A DNA stretch of 61,154 nt, counting the filler, from Ionaspis alba (Eukaryota), in NCBI GenBank assembly GCA_964255285.1. It is 3 parts of 3 records of this genome, joined end to end, with 100 filler letters (N's around TTAATTAATTAA, not from the genome) between each part and the next. Parts side by side here need not be neighbours in the genome. Positions count along the whole stretch, not along the records: positions 1 to 20,325 come from CAXUUL010000247.1; 2 more parts are not named here. One strand, written 5' to 3'. How positions within the stretch are numbered: position 1 is the first letter of the stretch; the number at the start of each line of letters is the position of its first letter. Made by a program: the position numbers and the translations under genes. Positions 1 through 11,738 of the stretch are shown piece by piece. The notes below the pieces were generated by a model, which did no database searches, had not been told where the DNA came from, and was given only the letters and a program-made list of their open reading frames with translations.

Positions 1-855
1 ATACAGGTTCTGGCGAACTCTGTCGTGGCGTCTATCCTTATCTTACTACACTATCAGCAGCTTCTGGCTCGAGCAAAGATTGGCGATGCTGGTCCTGGAT
101 GTTGGCCATTCGGCGAGGATCTCCTGGTTGTGGGCATTGTGAGGTATGTTCGTGTAGACTACAACGAACTGTGGCTTGGGACCCTGAGCTGAAAGTGGCC
201 AGCAACTACGCTGCCGTAGCCGCAGATACATTCTCTTCCGAACTTGGAATACTCTCTAAAAGCAAGCCACGCCTTATTACATCGTGGAAACTACGACAGG
301 TACCACCAGGAACGAATGGCGGCGTATCATTGATAGGCACTCTGGCAGGCTTCTTTGGAGCCTTTATCATAGCGGCAACCTCGGCGGTGCTCCTGCCTTT
401 CTGTCCAATTGGTCGAGTTTCCAGGTTCGGAGTCATGCTTGGCGAGAACCAGCCTGGGCTAAAAGGCGGCATTGGATGGGGAGTCCAAGAGAAACTCTTC
501 TGGACGGCTGCTATAACAATCTGGGGAGGTCTAGGCAGCGTGTTGGATAGCTTCTTAGGCGGATGGCTTCAGGCCAGTGTTGTAGATTCGCGGACTGGCA
601 AAGTCATTGAGGGTACAGGAGGGGCAAAGGTATACTCAATTTTAATCCTTGAATACCAGAGGACTCGTACTAATCATAACAATTCAGGTCCCGATATTTC
701 CGCCGCATGATAAGAAGGATGATGGTAATTCTAGTCGAAAAATAGAATCAGGATTTGGTCTCCTTGATAATAATGGAGTCAACTTGGCAATGGCTGTCAT
801 GATGAGCATTGGTGGCATGGGAGTTGCCCAATACCTTTGGAGTGTACCTAAATAG
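1..855 (+). CDS. DUF92/TMEM19-family integral membrane protein (5'-truncated, 3 visible exons)
   Basis: Family motifs QVLANS, AAVAADTFSSELG, VPPGTNGGVS, LDSFLGGWLQ and LDNNGVN are joined across GT-AG introns at ~144-202 and ~630-688. Stop TAG at 853-855. Confidence 0.85.
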
Positions 856-1212
856 TAATCTACATAATGAAAGTCATGAATGATATGATCTGTATCTTGG
901 CACCTGAAAAGAAGTAAAATCTGCTCACGTCTCAGGTCAAGAGTCCTTCGTAGGTACGAAAACGCCCGACCATAGAGGGTCTTATAATGAACGAGCAGCG
1001 ATTGAAACACTTCGAAGCCTGGTGCAGCCACTACGGAGAAGAAGCCTAAACCGCATTTCCTGTTGGGGGAGGAGGGAAAGGGGAAATATAGTATGTCCGT
1101 CAGGACTTGCCTTCGCGATATACAAACGACGAGCTTGAATTTTTTAATGTTTGGCTTATTACACGTGAAGGCTTCCTCGTTAAACCATAATCATTGTCTA
1201 TTCATCACTGTA

Positions 1213-2628
1213 CTATATGTGGGGCAGGTATACGGACCAATCGGCGGATACGAAGACATTTGCCTCGAGAGACCTCAGCTCAACGAATGCCCCCACGATC
1301 AGGTACAGTCGCGCAGCGCCATACAACAGGGCCACTGGCAGGATGCTCCAAAATTCCCACGGAAGCAGGAACGAATCGAAATCATGGGGCTTCTCTTTTG
1401 GCTGTTGCTGATCCTGCTTCTGCTGCTTATCCTGGTCTACTGAGGCCCTTGTGTCCGACTGCCTGAACTTCCGTGAGCCCAACAGCCACAAACTCAGCCG
1501 ACGCCAGCGGCCCAGCCGATACCACGACGCCATTGTTTCTAGTAGCCAGAACAGTGCGGTAACGGCGAACAGTGCGACACTGCAGACGCGCCAGAGGAGC
1601 TTCTCAGCGGTCGAGGGGAAAGAAAAGTTCCAACCGGTGATATGGATGGCGGTGAAGACCAGTGTGGCCAGGCACAGGAAATATTCTTGCGCGCCGTACG
1701 GGTTCGTCGGAAAACGATCGTTCGGAATACATTTTAACGGACGCTCCGGCGGAATAACAGGCATCTTCATAAACGGCTGCACATTCATTGCCCATCCAGG
1801 CATATTGGCATCGACAAAGTCGAGCGGCGTCTGGCGCCAAGGTTTGCCCTCGGTTATTTGCTGAATACTTGACCGAGTATAGAGTTTAATTGGGGTCCGG
1901 ACATTGGCCGGCTTGTGTAGCCATGCGAAGGCAGTCATGAGCGAGCATACAACAATGGCTAGCGTGCTCAATTCCAGGGTCGTGATAGGTAGCCGTCGTG
2001 CGGCGCGGCCGATACATTGCAGGGCGAGGTATGCGATCTGAAAGGCCGAAATAGCTTTGGTCAGGCGGTCCTGCTTCGATTTATCCCAGATTTCTTGGGG
2101 TGTGACGGTTGGATAATCGATATGGCCGTTGGACACTAGCCAGTGTAGCTGCTTCGCGTTGAGCGGGAATAGAGGCGGCGGGGGCGCCATCGTGCTGTCC
2201 GCCGAAGCCTGGAGGACGAAACCACCCATGTCTGCGAAGAAGGCCATACGCATGCTCCAGTGTTTATTTCCTAACTTTTGGAACTGTTGGACAGACTGTC
2301 TCGCACGGCTCCACTGGCCTGCAGCATAAGTAAGCACAATCTCGGGTGCAAATATGGCAAGCCCCATCCACTTGACGTTGCGGAGGGCCAAGGCGATGGC
2401 GGTATCGTGGGGCGAAGGGACGTTGAGGCAGAGCAAGGTGTATGTGCATATGAAGATAGTAGTTAGGCACGTCCAGAGAATATCCCACGTTCCTCGAATA
2501 TTGGGTGTCTGAATCCATCCGTTAATACGGCAGTCTGAGATGATTGTAGTCCCGAGAAAGTCCAAAAGACCACACTGGGCTTGAGTACTCCCATTGAAAG
2601 AGCCTTGTGAAACTTTATTAAAAGACAT
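1213..2628 (-). CDS. Fungal multi-pass membrane protein of unknown function
   Basis: Intronless 471-aa ORF with several hydrophobic segments. Carries the motifs RGTWDILWTCLTTIFICT, APE, AFFADMGGF, DKSK.D and LPITTLEL, typical of a widespread uncharacterised Pezizomycotina membrane family. Confidence 0.8.
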   Translation of the reverse strand: MSFNKVSQGSFNGSTQAQCGLLDFLGTTIISDCRINGWIQTPNIRGTWDILWTCLTTIFICTYTLLCLNVPSPHDTAIALALRNVKWMGLAIFAPEIVLTYAAGQWSRARQSVQQFQKLGNKHWSMRMAFFADMGGFVLQASADSTMAPPPPLFPLNAKQLHWLVSNGHIDYPTVTPQEIWDKSKQDRLTKAISAFQIAYLALQCIGRAARRLPITTLELSTLAIVVCSLMTAFAWLHKPANVRTPIKLYTRSSIQQITEGKPWRQTPLDFVDANMPGWAMNVQPFMKMPVIPPERPLKCIPNDRFPTNPYGAQEYFLCLATLVFTAIHITGWNFSFPSTAEKLLWRVCSVALFAVTALFWLLETMASWYRLGRWRRLSLWLLGSRKFRQSDTRASVDQDKQQKQDQQQPKEKPHDFDSFLLPWEFWSILPVALLYGAARLYLIVGAFVELRSLEANVFVSADWSVYLPHI

Positions 2629-3209
2629 AAGGCCGGGGTTGGTAGAGAAATGATAAACAGAGTCGTTTGCCGGTCGACATCACTTTGCAACTATATAGCT
2701 ACAAAATACATTCGCGTCGAACCGTTAATTATAACATATTTGAAATACTTGTTTTGGTATTTTTGCCATTGAGGCTGCGAAAAGGACTCATGGATGACTT
2801 CAGAATATGCATAGATGATAAGAAAATGAGACGTGTTCACAAGCATCATCAAGTAGCGGGCGCTTAAGAGCGGGTTATTGGGAAAGGGGTTATCTTTGGG
2901 TAGATAGATCGGCTTCAAGATCGATTGCTGCATGAGTGTGCCTATGGCTGCATTGAGGTGGAGGGGATCTTCTTGGGTCAGGATTTCTACCGGCGGTTAG
3001 TCTATCTTTAAGCAAGCTTTGATTGGAGTACCCTAAGCGCTCAGGTCCACCTCGAAACATAAGTTGAACTGAACCTAAGATATCATTTTGGAGGCCTGGG
3101 GGAACGTTTTGTCTTTACATTGTTGTATCTTGCTCAGTCGGTCGGACTGTCTTAAGAGAATAGTCGAATTATTGCTTTCGTGCAGAATCTCACCTCCTTG
3201 GCTTGTACC

Positions 3210-4451
3210 ATGGTTATTGCTAGTTTGCTGCAGTCCACAGCAAGAGCCTTGCTACTATCGGCCATAGCTTACGCTGCCTTCATCAGTTTGCTCGCGATAC
3301 CACTTTTCCAAAACCATGCCATCTACCTCCACAGTGTGGTTTTGACGTGGTTTCAAGATCTCAATTTTCCCGAGCAATGGGGCTTCCTCCCTAATCAGGT
3401 CACGCCTTTCTTCCTCCGCACAACAGACGGCGAGACTCTACACGCGTGGCACATCTTACCTCTAGAGCTCTATCGGAAGCACGAGACGGCTCTTTCCGCC
3501 GAGCCAGCAGGTCTGGTGCAGAACGTCGTAGACCGTCTGAGTTTCAAACTGCTGCGCGATGACCCGGAGAGCCTCCTGGTTCTTTACTTTCATGGCGCTG
3601 CCGGCACACTGGGCTCGGGATGGCGTCCGCCCAGCTACCGAGCGATGTACGCAAACGCCCCAGATCGCATTCACACCATCGCTATCGACTACCGCGGCTT
3701 CGGCAACAGCACCGGTGCGCCGAGCGAAAAAGGCCTCCTAACGGACGCGCTCACACTAGCGAGATGGGCTATGGATGAGGTCGGCATTCCGCCGGAACGC
3801 ATCGTGCTCTTTGCCCAGTCTATCGGCACGGCTGTTGCTGTCTCGCTGGCGCACCATCTCGCCATGCCGCCGCCGCCATCAGCAGAGCCAAAAGAGGAAC
3901 TGCTGCCGCGGCAGAAACCAATCTTCTTCCGTGGCATAGTCCTCGTGGCGTCCTTTGCGGACATCGAGCTACTTACAGCGACATATAGCATTGCAGGCAT
4001 CATCCCGCTGCTATCTCCTGTCGCGCGCTTCCCGGGACTGCTTGCTTATTTGAACTCGTTTATCATAAGCAAGTGGCCCACGAAGCAGCGGCTCGCGGAA
4101 TTCGTGCGACATTGCGAGCAGGCTAGCAAACCCTACGACATCACCATCATTCACGCCCAGGATGACTGGGATATACCCTGGGTGCACAGTGAAACCCTTT
4201 TCTGGCATGCCATAGAGGCAAGTGTGTCCAAGAACGGACACGAAAGCTTCGACGAGATCCGGAAACGCGTGAATAACGAGTCCGAGAAACAGTCTGGTGC
4301 CGGTAGTTGGATTAAGGAGCGGCGGACGCGGCGCGGTCTGCTCCGCCAGGACATCGTAAAGTATGGCCTGCACGATCGAATCATGTCGTATCCGATTGTC
4401 AGTCTTGCCGTTTGGAGGGCCTTCCAATCCTCTACGCAGAAAGTAGAATAG
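3210..4451 (+). CDS. ABHD12/BEM46-like alpha/beta hydrolase with N-terminal membrane anchor
   Basis: Motifs YFHGAAG, DYRGFGNSTGAPSEKGL, nucleophile elbow AQSIG, HAQDD and a C-terminal His (GLHDRI). First ATG at 3210. Confidence 0.85.
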   Translation: MVIASLLQSTARALLLSAIAYAAFISLLAIPLFQNHAIYLHSVVLTWFQDLNFPEQWGFLPNQVTPFFLRTTDGETLHAWHILPLELYRKHETALSAEPAGLVQNVVDRLSFKLLRDDPESLLVLYFHGAAGTLGSGWRPPSYRAMYANAPDRIHTIAIDYRGFGNSTGAPSEKGLLTDALTLARWAMDEVGIPPERIVLFAQSIGTAVAVSLAHHLAMPPPPSAEPKEELLPRQKPIFFRGIVLVASFADIELLTATYSIAGIIPLLSPVARFPGLLAYLNSFIISKWPTKQRLAEFVRHCEQASKPYDITIIHAQDDWDIPWVHSETLFWHAIEASVSKNGHESFDEIRKRVNNESEKQSGAGSWIKERRTRRGLLRQDIVKYGLHDRIMSYPIVSLAVWRAFQSSTQKVE

Positions 4452-4639
4452 AGAAATATATAGAATTGGTTATATAGAAAGCGTCGAATGGCTTTACAGA
4501 AATCAATAAGGGTGGATATTTGTATTCTGTTACTCCCTTTGTATCTGATGTGTCCGAGAGATAGCACTAGTCAATCTGTCCGCTTCCTCTTCGCTAAAAC
4601 ATATTGCCTTTATCTTGACATTCCCTCCAACGACTACCG

Positions 4640-5350
4640 ACCTTGAAGCTTTCGAGCTATCTCAGGATTGGTGAACCAGGCCTTTTAGAAACAGATGATG
4701 CTCGCTCACGCTGGACCTAAAACGAGGGCTTGAGGTATAAGTCTGGCACCCTAAGCGAGAGTCGCCATTTATCGATATCGTGAAATGCAGTTACGTGTCT
4801 GTACAGGTCAACCAATTTTACAAGGTCAAGTCCGCTCATATACAATGGAGAGACCTCAGGAGTTAGGTGCCTATGCTTGGCTGCCAGATAAGTTCGTGCT
4901 TCTGATACGCAGCTTACCCGAAAACCACGCGAACCTAGAGCAGCATCACCGAGCTCGGGGCAGATTTTACTGATCTTGGCGATGTGGTCGATCTCGACGC
5001 GGGACAAGGGCTCGATGACCTAGAGGCCCTCTTAGCTTGGTGCATCTATCTTCCGAGATCATACAGGCAGGGGGGCTTACCTTGACCAGGTTCTTCCTCC
5101 AGTTATCAGCCATATGCGGACAAAACTTACCGTACCTGCTAGCCACAGGAACAAGAATCCGAGCAGNNNNNNNNNNNNNNNNNNNNNNNNNNNNNNNNNN
5201 NNNNNNNNNNNNNNNNNNNNNNNNNNNNNNNNNNNNNNNNNNNNNNNNNNNNNNNNNNNNNNNNNNATATGCGGACAAAACTTACCGTACCTGCTAGCCA
5301 CAGGAACAAGAATCCGAGCAGGTTCTGGTCGAGCCAGATACGTGTGTTAC
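4640..5350 (-). pseudogene. Possible degenerate multi-exon gene remnant
   Basis: Several GTAAGC/GTAAGT donors and CTAG acceptors on the minus strand flank short coding-like pieces (VIEPLSRVEIDHIAKI, AWFTNPEIARKLQGR). No complete model could be built, and the region spans a gap. Confidence 0.2.
5112..5321. other. Assembly gap flanked by an exact 55-bp duplication (unmerged contig overlap)
   Basis: 5112-5166 is identical to 5267-5321 on either side of a 100-N gap. Confidence 0.9.
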
Positions 5351-5359
5351 CATCCTGAC

Positions 5360-6154
5360 CTACGGGACAATGCCCAGATACTTACACGGCGCATACAACC
5401 ACCGAGCAAAGTGCCACAGCAGCGCTCTCAAAAGCTGTGGCGGCGCACTCGGCTCGAACTTGATGTCCTTCCTTGTTGCCACGACCGCAACGCCCATCCA
5501 CGCATACGATCTTGACTGTGCAATTTCAATCATTCCCGCCGCTAGATCAAGATAACTCACGAATGGCGAGCCTTCCGCCATCTCATCCACACTCAACTTA
5601 TACCCCTTCTGCACATCCTCTGTCAACGCCGACGGCTGCACAAAAGTCACATCCAACCACGATTTATGTAGTCGCAGATTCTCTTCTGCAAGCCCAAGGT
5701 CCGCATATACGTGCGACATGCCATGAGCGGCAATCCACCTGCCCACCGCTGGCAATTTGGCCGACATGATTGGGTTCAATGACCCAGAACTCAGGAAGAT
5801 CAGCTTTGGTGGTTTGTAACTGGTTTCCTTGTCTCTGATATGGCAAAGGGCTGCTATAACCGAGTTTGCGCTATCTTGGGCAATGCGGATGCCAGGGATG
5901 TTCTCGTTGCTGCCGAGGACGCAAAATGCGGCGTCGACGTCTGGCACGAGGGCGGATGCTAGGAGGCGAATGTCCGAAAGGGAACCCTCGAAGACTTTCA
6001 CGTTCGGTTTATTCTTCAGGGCAGGTCTCTGCGTTAAGAGCTTGGCTTTGGAGCGGACATAGGCGTTGATCTTTGTGTTTGGAGCTTGGACGAGGAGGTC
6101 CACTAGGGCACCGCCGGTTTTGCCTGTGGCACCTAGGATTGCGTACGTGGGCAT
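5360..6154 (-). CDS. NAD(P)-binding oxidoreductase, AflX/OrdB (MdpK/AvfA-related) family
   Basis: MPTYAILGATGKTG Rossmann start, AYVRSKAKL, KVFEGSLSD, PKLIFLSS, YADLGLAEENLR and VSYLDLAAGMIEIA all follow the AflX/OrdB pattern. ATG at 6152-6154. Confidence 0.8.
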   Translation of the reverse strand: MPTYAILGATGKTGGALVDLLVQAPNTKINAYVRSKAKLLTQRPALKNKPNVKVFEGSLSDIRLLASALVPDVDAAFCVLGSNENIPGIRIAQDSANSVIAALCHIRDKETSYKPPKLIFLSSGSLNPIMSAKLPAVGRWIAAHGMSHVYADLGLAEENLRLHKSWLDVTFVQPSALTEDVQKGYKLSVDEMAEGSPFVSYLDLAAGMIEIAQSRSYAWMGVAVVATRKDIKFEPSAPPQLLRALLWHFARWLYAPCKYLGIVP

Positions 6155-6845
6155 TGTGCTAGATGTAGATGATGTATCACTAGAAGAGTCCAATGTTTTG
6201 CTCTACAACAAAAAACTCAAGTCAACGCTGAAAAGCTTCGCATTATCACAGCTCCGTCAGTCCGAGGATTTAGGTACCTGACTCCTCTCCTAATCCTCCA
6301 ATCTTTGTCAATATGCTTCTCTGTCCCTGCTTACTTACCTTGCCTGCGATGGCAAGAAGTATTCAACAGTGATACGGAAACTCAATGTCATTTTTCATCA
6401 CCATGAGTCTGGCTGGTTCCGGCAAGCGGAGCGGCCCATGTTGGTCTTCAGCCACGGCTATGCCGTGCTTGGTTAGCCTCGGTCTTAATAGTGAGCAGTT
6501 TGTGAGCAGGTAGAAATGTGTTGGATTTATATGTAAAGATAGCTTCGATTTTTATTGGCGCTGTCTATGTGGTCTAGAGGTTCCTACATACATACAGTAT
6601 CTTTTACAGCGTCCTTTGCCTGCGAATGGCGGACGAAGACCAGCCAACTTCGACGTTTCCTTGTTTTGACTACGATCCTATCAGCACTGAGCTTCCTCTT
6701 CTAAGTCATGCCATGATTGTATGTTTGTGATAGTACAAGTAGAGAAGGTATACGAGCTCCATCCAACAGTCGTTGTTGCTCGCGGCGCCGTGCTGATATA
6801 GGACAAGCACTGCGTATGCTCAATCCTTCCTGCTGCGTCATCCCT

Positions 6846-9800
6846 TTACATCTGTTTCTTCGAAGGATCTCCTTCGCGGCCCAGAAAGCCAATGGACTTG
6901 ACACCAAAGGTAAACCCATCTTCCAATCTCCCCAAGATGCCGCCCTGGATAAGTGCGTCGAAATGCTCCATTGCCAGATGTTGTGCCTGCTCGAGCTTAT
7001 CCACGCTCTCGTAGAGGTAACCAAGTTTCGAAATTGCTTCCCGAGTACGTATATGGGAGGTGCTATGACGTTCGATATGTCGATGCACGATATCCTTGAG
7101 GAGTTCCTCGGACTCGTCCACTCTTTTCAACCAGAACCAAGCCTGTGCCAGGCTCTGTTGGCCAGACAGGAGAATGAAGTCTGACTTGTCGTTGGTGACT
7201 GCACGTCTAATGTTGATGATTGCCCAAGAAAGTTTTTCTTGCTTTACAAAATTGAGCTGTTCGCGTGATATCTGGGCGAGGTTGTATAAGATTGTGGTCA
7301 CCCACGTGCTCTGAGGGCCGTTGATCTGTCGATGACCCTCGAGCGAGGTTTCCAAGTGGTCTTGTGCTTCTGCCAGCAGATCCCTGTGCCAGCTTTCTTC
7401 TCGATGAGCCCGATTCGCCCATGCTTTGTATATCAACGATTCTGCCAAAGTCGTCCTCAGATTCATCTAAAACTCGTTCTTTGAATTCTCGACATCGCTC
7501 CTCTTCGTGGCATCTGCCAAGAGCATTCGGAGGATGGGTATCGCCTCCTCATACTGACCGTTCCGAGCTAAAGCATGTGCCAACTCATACATTGGTTCTA
7601 CGACGCCCTCATCGTCAATTCCAAACATTTTCCGTCTGCGCTCCACGATCGACCTGAGCAACGGTATTGCTACCGAATATCTGAATATGCGCGAGAATGC
7701 GAGTGCTATCCTGAACATGCGAGCTAAGATATCTAGCTCGTCATGTGGACAATTCTGCTGCACTTTTTCTAACTCTGCCTGTTCGTTCTCAATTTCTTCC
7801 TCTGCGGCTTCCACTATTGTTTTGTAAGTCATTGGGTCGCTTGCTTGGCTATCCCAGTAATCATCGTATTTTTCTTCCTCGCGTGTGATCAGTTTGAGAG
7901 CCACCGGATCTATAACCTGCTCCACGTCTTTCGTCAGTCTTTTATGCTCAAAAGCACGAATATAGTTACCAATCCTCATGTTGTGCAGGGTTAGTTCTAT
8001 GTGTATTCTCCTACGTATATGAGGTCTATTCGACCCTCCAGTCTCATCTTGTAAGAGGTCATGAAGCTCACGAATGACCTGCTGCAGGCGAGAAGTTGAC
8101 TTCACAGCAGACGGACTGAGGTCGATTTGAGTAATGTCGACGAGCCGTGTCCTTATGTGATCCGTAATGATGTCTTCCTGGAGAGCATATTCCTTATAGA
8201 ATGCATATATATTGGCAGAGGCGTTCAAAGGTGGAATAGGCATATTGATGCCTTTGAGTTCATAGTAAGACGCTATTCGGGCTTGTCTCAAGCTTTCTGC
8301 TTCTTGAGAGAGTCTTTGGTCGTGCTTGGTCATGGTCTTCAACATAACATTGACCTCTTTAATCCGGATGTCGAATAACTCGCGCACCCCTGGACGAGTT
8401 CTTTTGTACAACGGCGACAGTGGATGACTGCTCAAGTGATGCCATGCTTGGATATACATGTCGTCGGGGTAATATGTTAAGGCACAGGATTGAACGGCCG
8501 GCGGTATAGTAGCAATAAGGCTGGCTTCTAGGAGATGGCATACTTTCCAGTCTTTAGCATGTTTTCCCTCCTGAGTGGTTTCGTCGTAGTCTGCAGTTTC
8601 AGGACGGAAGAGGGTGGCTTTGATAGACTTGATCGTCTCTAATGCGATTTCGAGAAATCCGTTGTACGTGTGCAAGACTAGAGATGTCCTTCTAGTGTTT
8701 GAAAAGACGCTGGGAAAGAGCTGCCAGTAATTCACATACCGATCCAGGCAGAGTAGGAAATCGGATCTTCGGTAAGCAGAGGCCATAGTCAGGTAATTGG
8801 TGAAATCGGAGTCAGCGAAACGAGACACCTGTTCCTTATACGGACGGCTAGTTGAGTTCCTTCCTGCCTGTTCCATCATGACATAATAACGGTCATAGTA
8901 GAGGCTTGCCATTGCAAGGTCTAAACTCGCTGTAAACCGCGGTTGGCAGATATGCTTGTTGGCAAGAAAACTTCGTGTAACGAGAGTCAAAATAGGGTTT
9001 ACTTCGAGATAATGATGATCCGATTCATCTATGGTAACGAAGGCGGCCAAATCATGTTGTAAAAGGCACTTCATCTGGCAGCAAGAAGGGAGAAGATATT
9101 TCTGGCAGTCTTGTGCGCAAAGGCGAAAACGACAACCCTCAGGCTGCTCAGAGATCCAATGCTGAAGTAAGTCGGAAAAAGGCGAAGTTCGGTCGAAAAG
9201 CTGCCAGATAATTTCACAAAACACATTCAAATCATTGTCACAGAGTAATTCGCGTGCTCGTTCGAAGCACACAAACATCTCAAGGTAAGTGTTGTGGTCG
9301 GCCAATAGACGACCCCAGAACGCCGTGATAGAAATGCTTAATCGAAAACGAAAGCCGCTTTCCGGAGAACCGAATGCTGTCTCAGAGCTCCAGTAGTCTA
9401 GTTTGACATCCAGTGAGTTGGAAAGAGGAGTGTTTTGCCTGAGCTTGGAACTGGGCGTTTGCTCTACGACTTGCGTCTTCAGCCCAGAAGAACGCACTGG
9501 CACTGGTGTATCATTTGTAGAGCTTTTGAAATTCCCTTGATCTTGTACATGTGAGTCCACCATTGGGTTTTGAGGCTCGAAGATTCTGATCAACTGTCTT
9601 ATCGAGCGATATGCTTCTCCGTTATACACCAACTCGTGCTCAATATGAATAGGCTTGTAGTCGAGAAGGGCATCAAGGTAATCGCGTATTGAGGCAAGTG
9701 GATTCAGAGAGAAATGACGAGTAAGGTCGGTAATTATGATCTTGATAGCCAGAGGGTTTCCGCACATCATCGATATCAATTGCTCAAAATCCTGGGAGTT

Positions 9801-11738
9801 GGACTTCATTTCGTTCTCAACGCGCTTGGCATGATTTGAAGTGTGTAGCAGTTGAAGGGCGATACTGAGAGCGTTGCTGTGCTGTATGGGCTTCAACACA
9901 AAAGTGGCCTGCTTGATTCCGTCAAGCCACGAGACCTCAGATCGAGAAGCCCAGATAGCTGGACATTGGCGTAATCTGGCTAAGAACCTGCGGATCTGTG
10001 TTCTCTGTACTCCACTGTCCTCTTCAGTTGACCATTGAATTGATTCAAGGTTGTCCAGGATAAGAAGCGTGGGGCTGGAGTTCAAATCCTGTGCAATTGA
10101 GCTTGTTCTTGAAAGATCTGGCGGGAAACCGGCAGAGAGACAAAGCTCAGTCAAGAAACTGGTAAAGGTCAATGGCGAGAGACGTGGATCATCCAATGTC
10201 AAGTAAATGACCCGACTGCAGAAGCCCGTCGCCGGCCACCACGCTGCAAGATGCTTGAGCAGAGCAGTCTTGCCAATTCCAGGGCTTCCCTTTAGCAGGA
10301 TCTTCAGTGGCATTGGAGGCGCCAACCAGTTCTCAAGCCTAAGGATGTCGTCTTCCCGCCCTTGCAAAACAAAATCCGGTGGAATGTTAGCCAGGATCGA
10401 TGGCCGCTGCGGTGAAATGTCGAGATCTGATTCTGAAAAATGAGATATAGTGCTCTCGCTGCAGTGAATGATTGGAATAATGTAGTCTTCGAGCCGAAGC
10501 TGGGTGCCATAGTTTGTACTTCGAAGTGGAGAGTTGCAGAGAGCCGAACGCGCCTGAGACGCGGCTCCAACTGCTGAAGCACTATGGCCAAGTAGACTTT
10601 CGTAGAAGGAGCTCATAAAAAGCTCCGCAGTATGCGATAGCACATTATACGACATGCCAACAGCATTTCTGACTCCAGCTTCAATAAGCATACGAGCCAC
10701 GTTGGAAGCGCTATGAGCACCAGCAGCTGAGCGGCAAGCATTGATTACAACAGTATCGATACCGTAGCCAGCTATGAGGTTCGCAAGTCGTCTGGCACTT
10801 ATCTTCTCTGCTCGAACATTATTCCTGGAACTATCGAGCTCTATAAACACGAGCTGAGCTCTATAATTATTTTTTAGCAAGATCACATAGGAGGTCTGGC
10901 TTGGTCCTTACCCATTTTCATCAGCTTCACCATGCATATCAAGGTGGAGGACATCAAAAAAGCCGCTAGGATGCTCTCCAAGAATACGAACCAAAGCTTC
11001 AAGTGTTCCTGGCCGAACGATTTGAAGACGAGCTGTCCTGTCCGTCGATTCATCCACTGTCTTGATTGCTGAAGCAATAGAGCGAGTTATCAGGCGATGA
11101 GGAATATCTCTTATGGACGGCCGCGCAGTCACTGCTACCACATTTCGACCATGGTCTCTCTTTTCAAAGGCTGACATCTTGTGGTCCGTGGCCCTCCGCT
11201 GAATCGTCCTCAGACTAGCGTGCACCCGGACGACGTGAATGCTTCTTGGCTCAAAGGAGTATGTCGTGACGACTTCGCTCCATAGCGTTTGGTTCTCCAG
11301 TATCTCCCAAGTTAGTCGCCCCAACCACGATGTTGTATCGCCTCCGTCCCCATCATGGGCATCATGAATTTCAATGAGGAGATGATCTTGTTGCGAGTAT
11401 GGGTGGTAGATACTCGACAGAAAGACCTCGGTGATCAGTCCTTCTCCAAATTCGTGCAGTCCGCGTTGAATGGCATCAGCCCGTGAGCTTGCAAAAGGAT
11501 CTCGAACAGGATAATGTTCGAAATACCATCGTAGAGCCGCATGTCTTTCGTCGCTCCCGCTTTCCACCGTCTTTGGGGACAGCACACATATTCTGCTGCC
11601 TCGGTCGGAAACAATGAGGACTTTTCGACCTCGACTAGTATTGCCTGCATGATCTCCATCCTGTAGGCGACTTTGACGAAGCCTGTCCTCTAGCAAGTCT
11701 GCATCGCTTGGTGGTCGAATCTGTAATCTGAAAAGCAT
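6846..11738 (-). CDS. NLR-like protein: N-terminal CHAT (caspase-like) protease + NB-ARC/STAND ATPase + TPR repeats; in-frame stop at 7467-7469
   Basis: Exon 1 is 11738-10912, followed by a 51-nt intron at 10911-10861 (GTAAG..GCTAA..TAG) and exon 2 from 10860. CHAT dyad motifs VLHLDMHG and VVINACRS, Walker A GSPGIGKT, Walker B LLILDNLE and GNPLA are present. TPR-like helices (ELAHALARNGQYEEAIPIL; KLGYLYESVDKLEQA) continue in the same frame after the TAG to 6846. Confidence 0.85.

Noticed and set aside
5112..5321. 55-bp direct repeat around Ns
   Set aside because: An exact duplicate on both sides of a 100-N gap indicates an unmerged contig overlap, not an LTR or a biological repeat.
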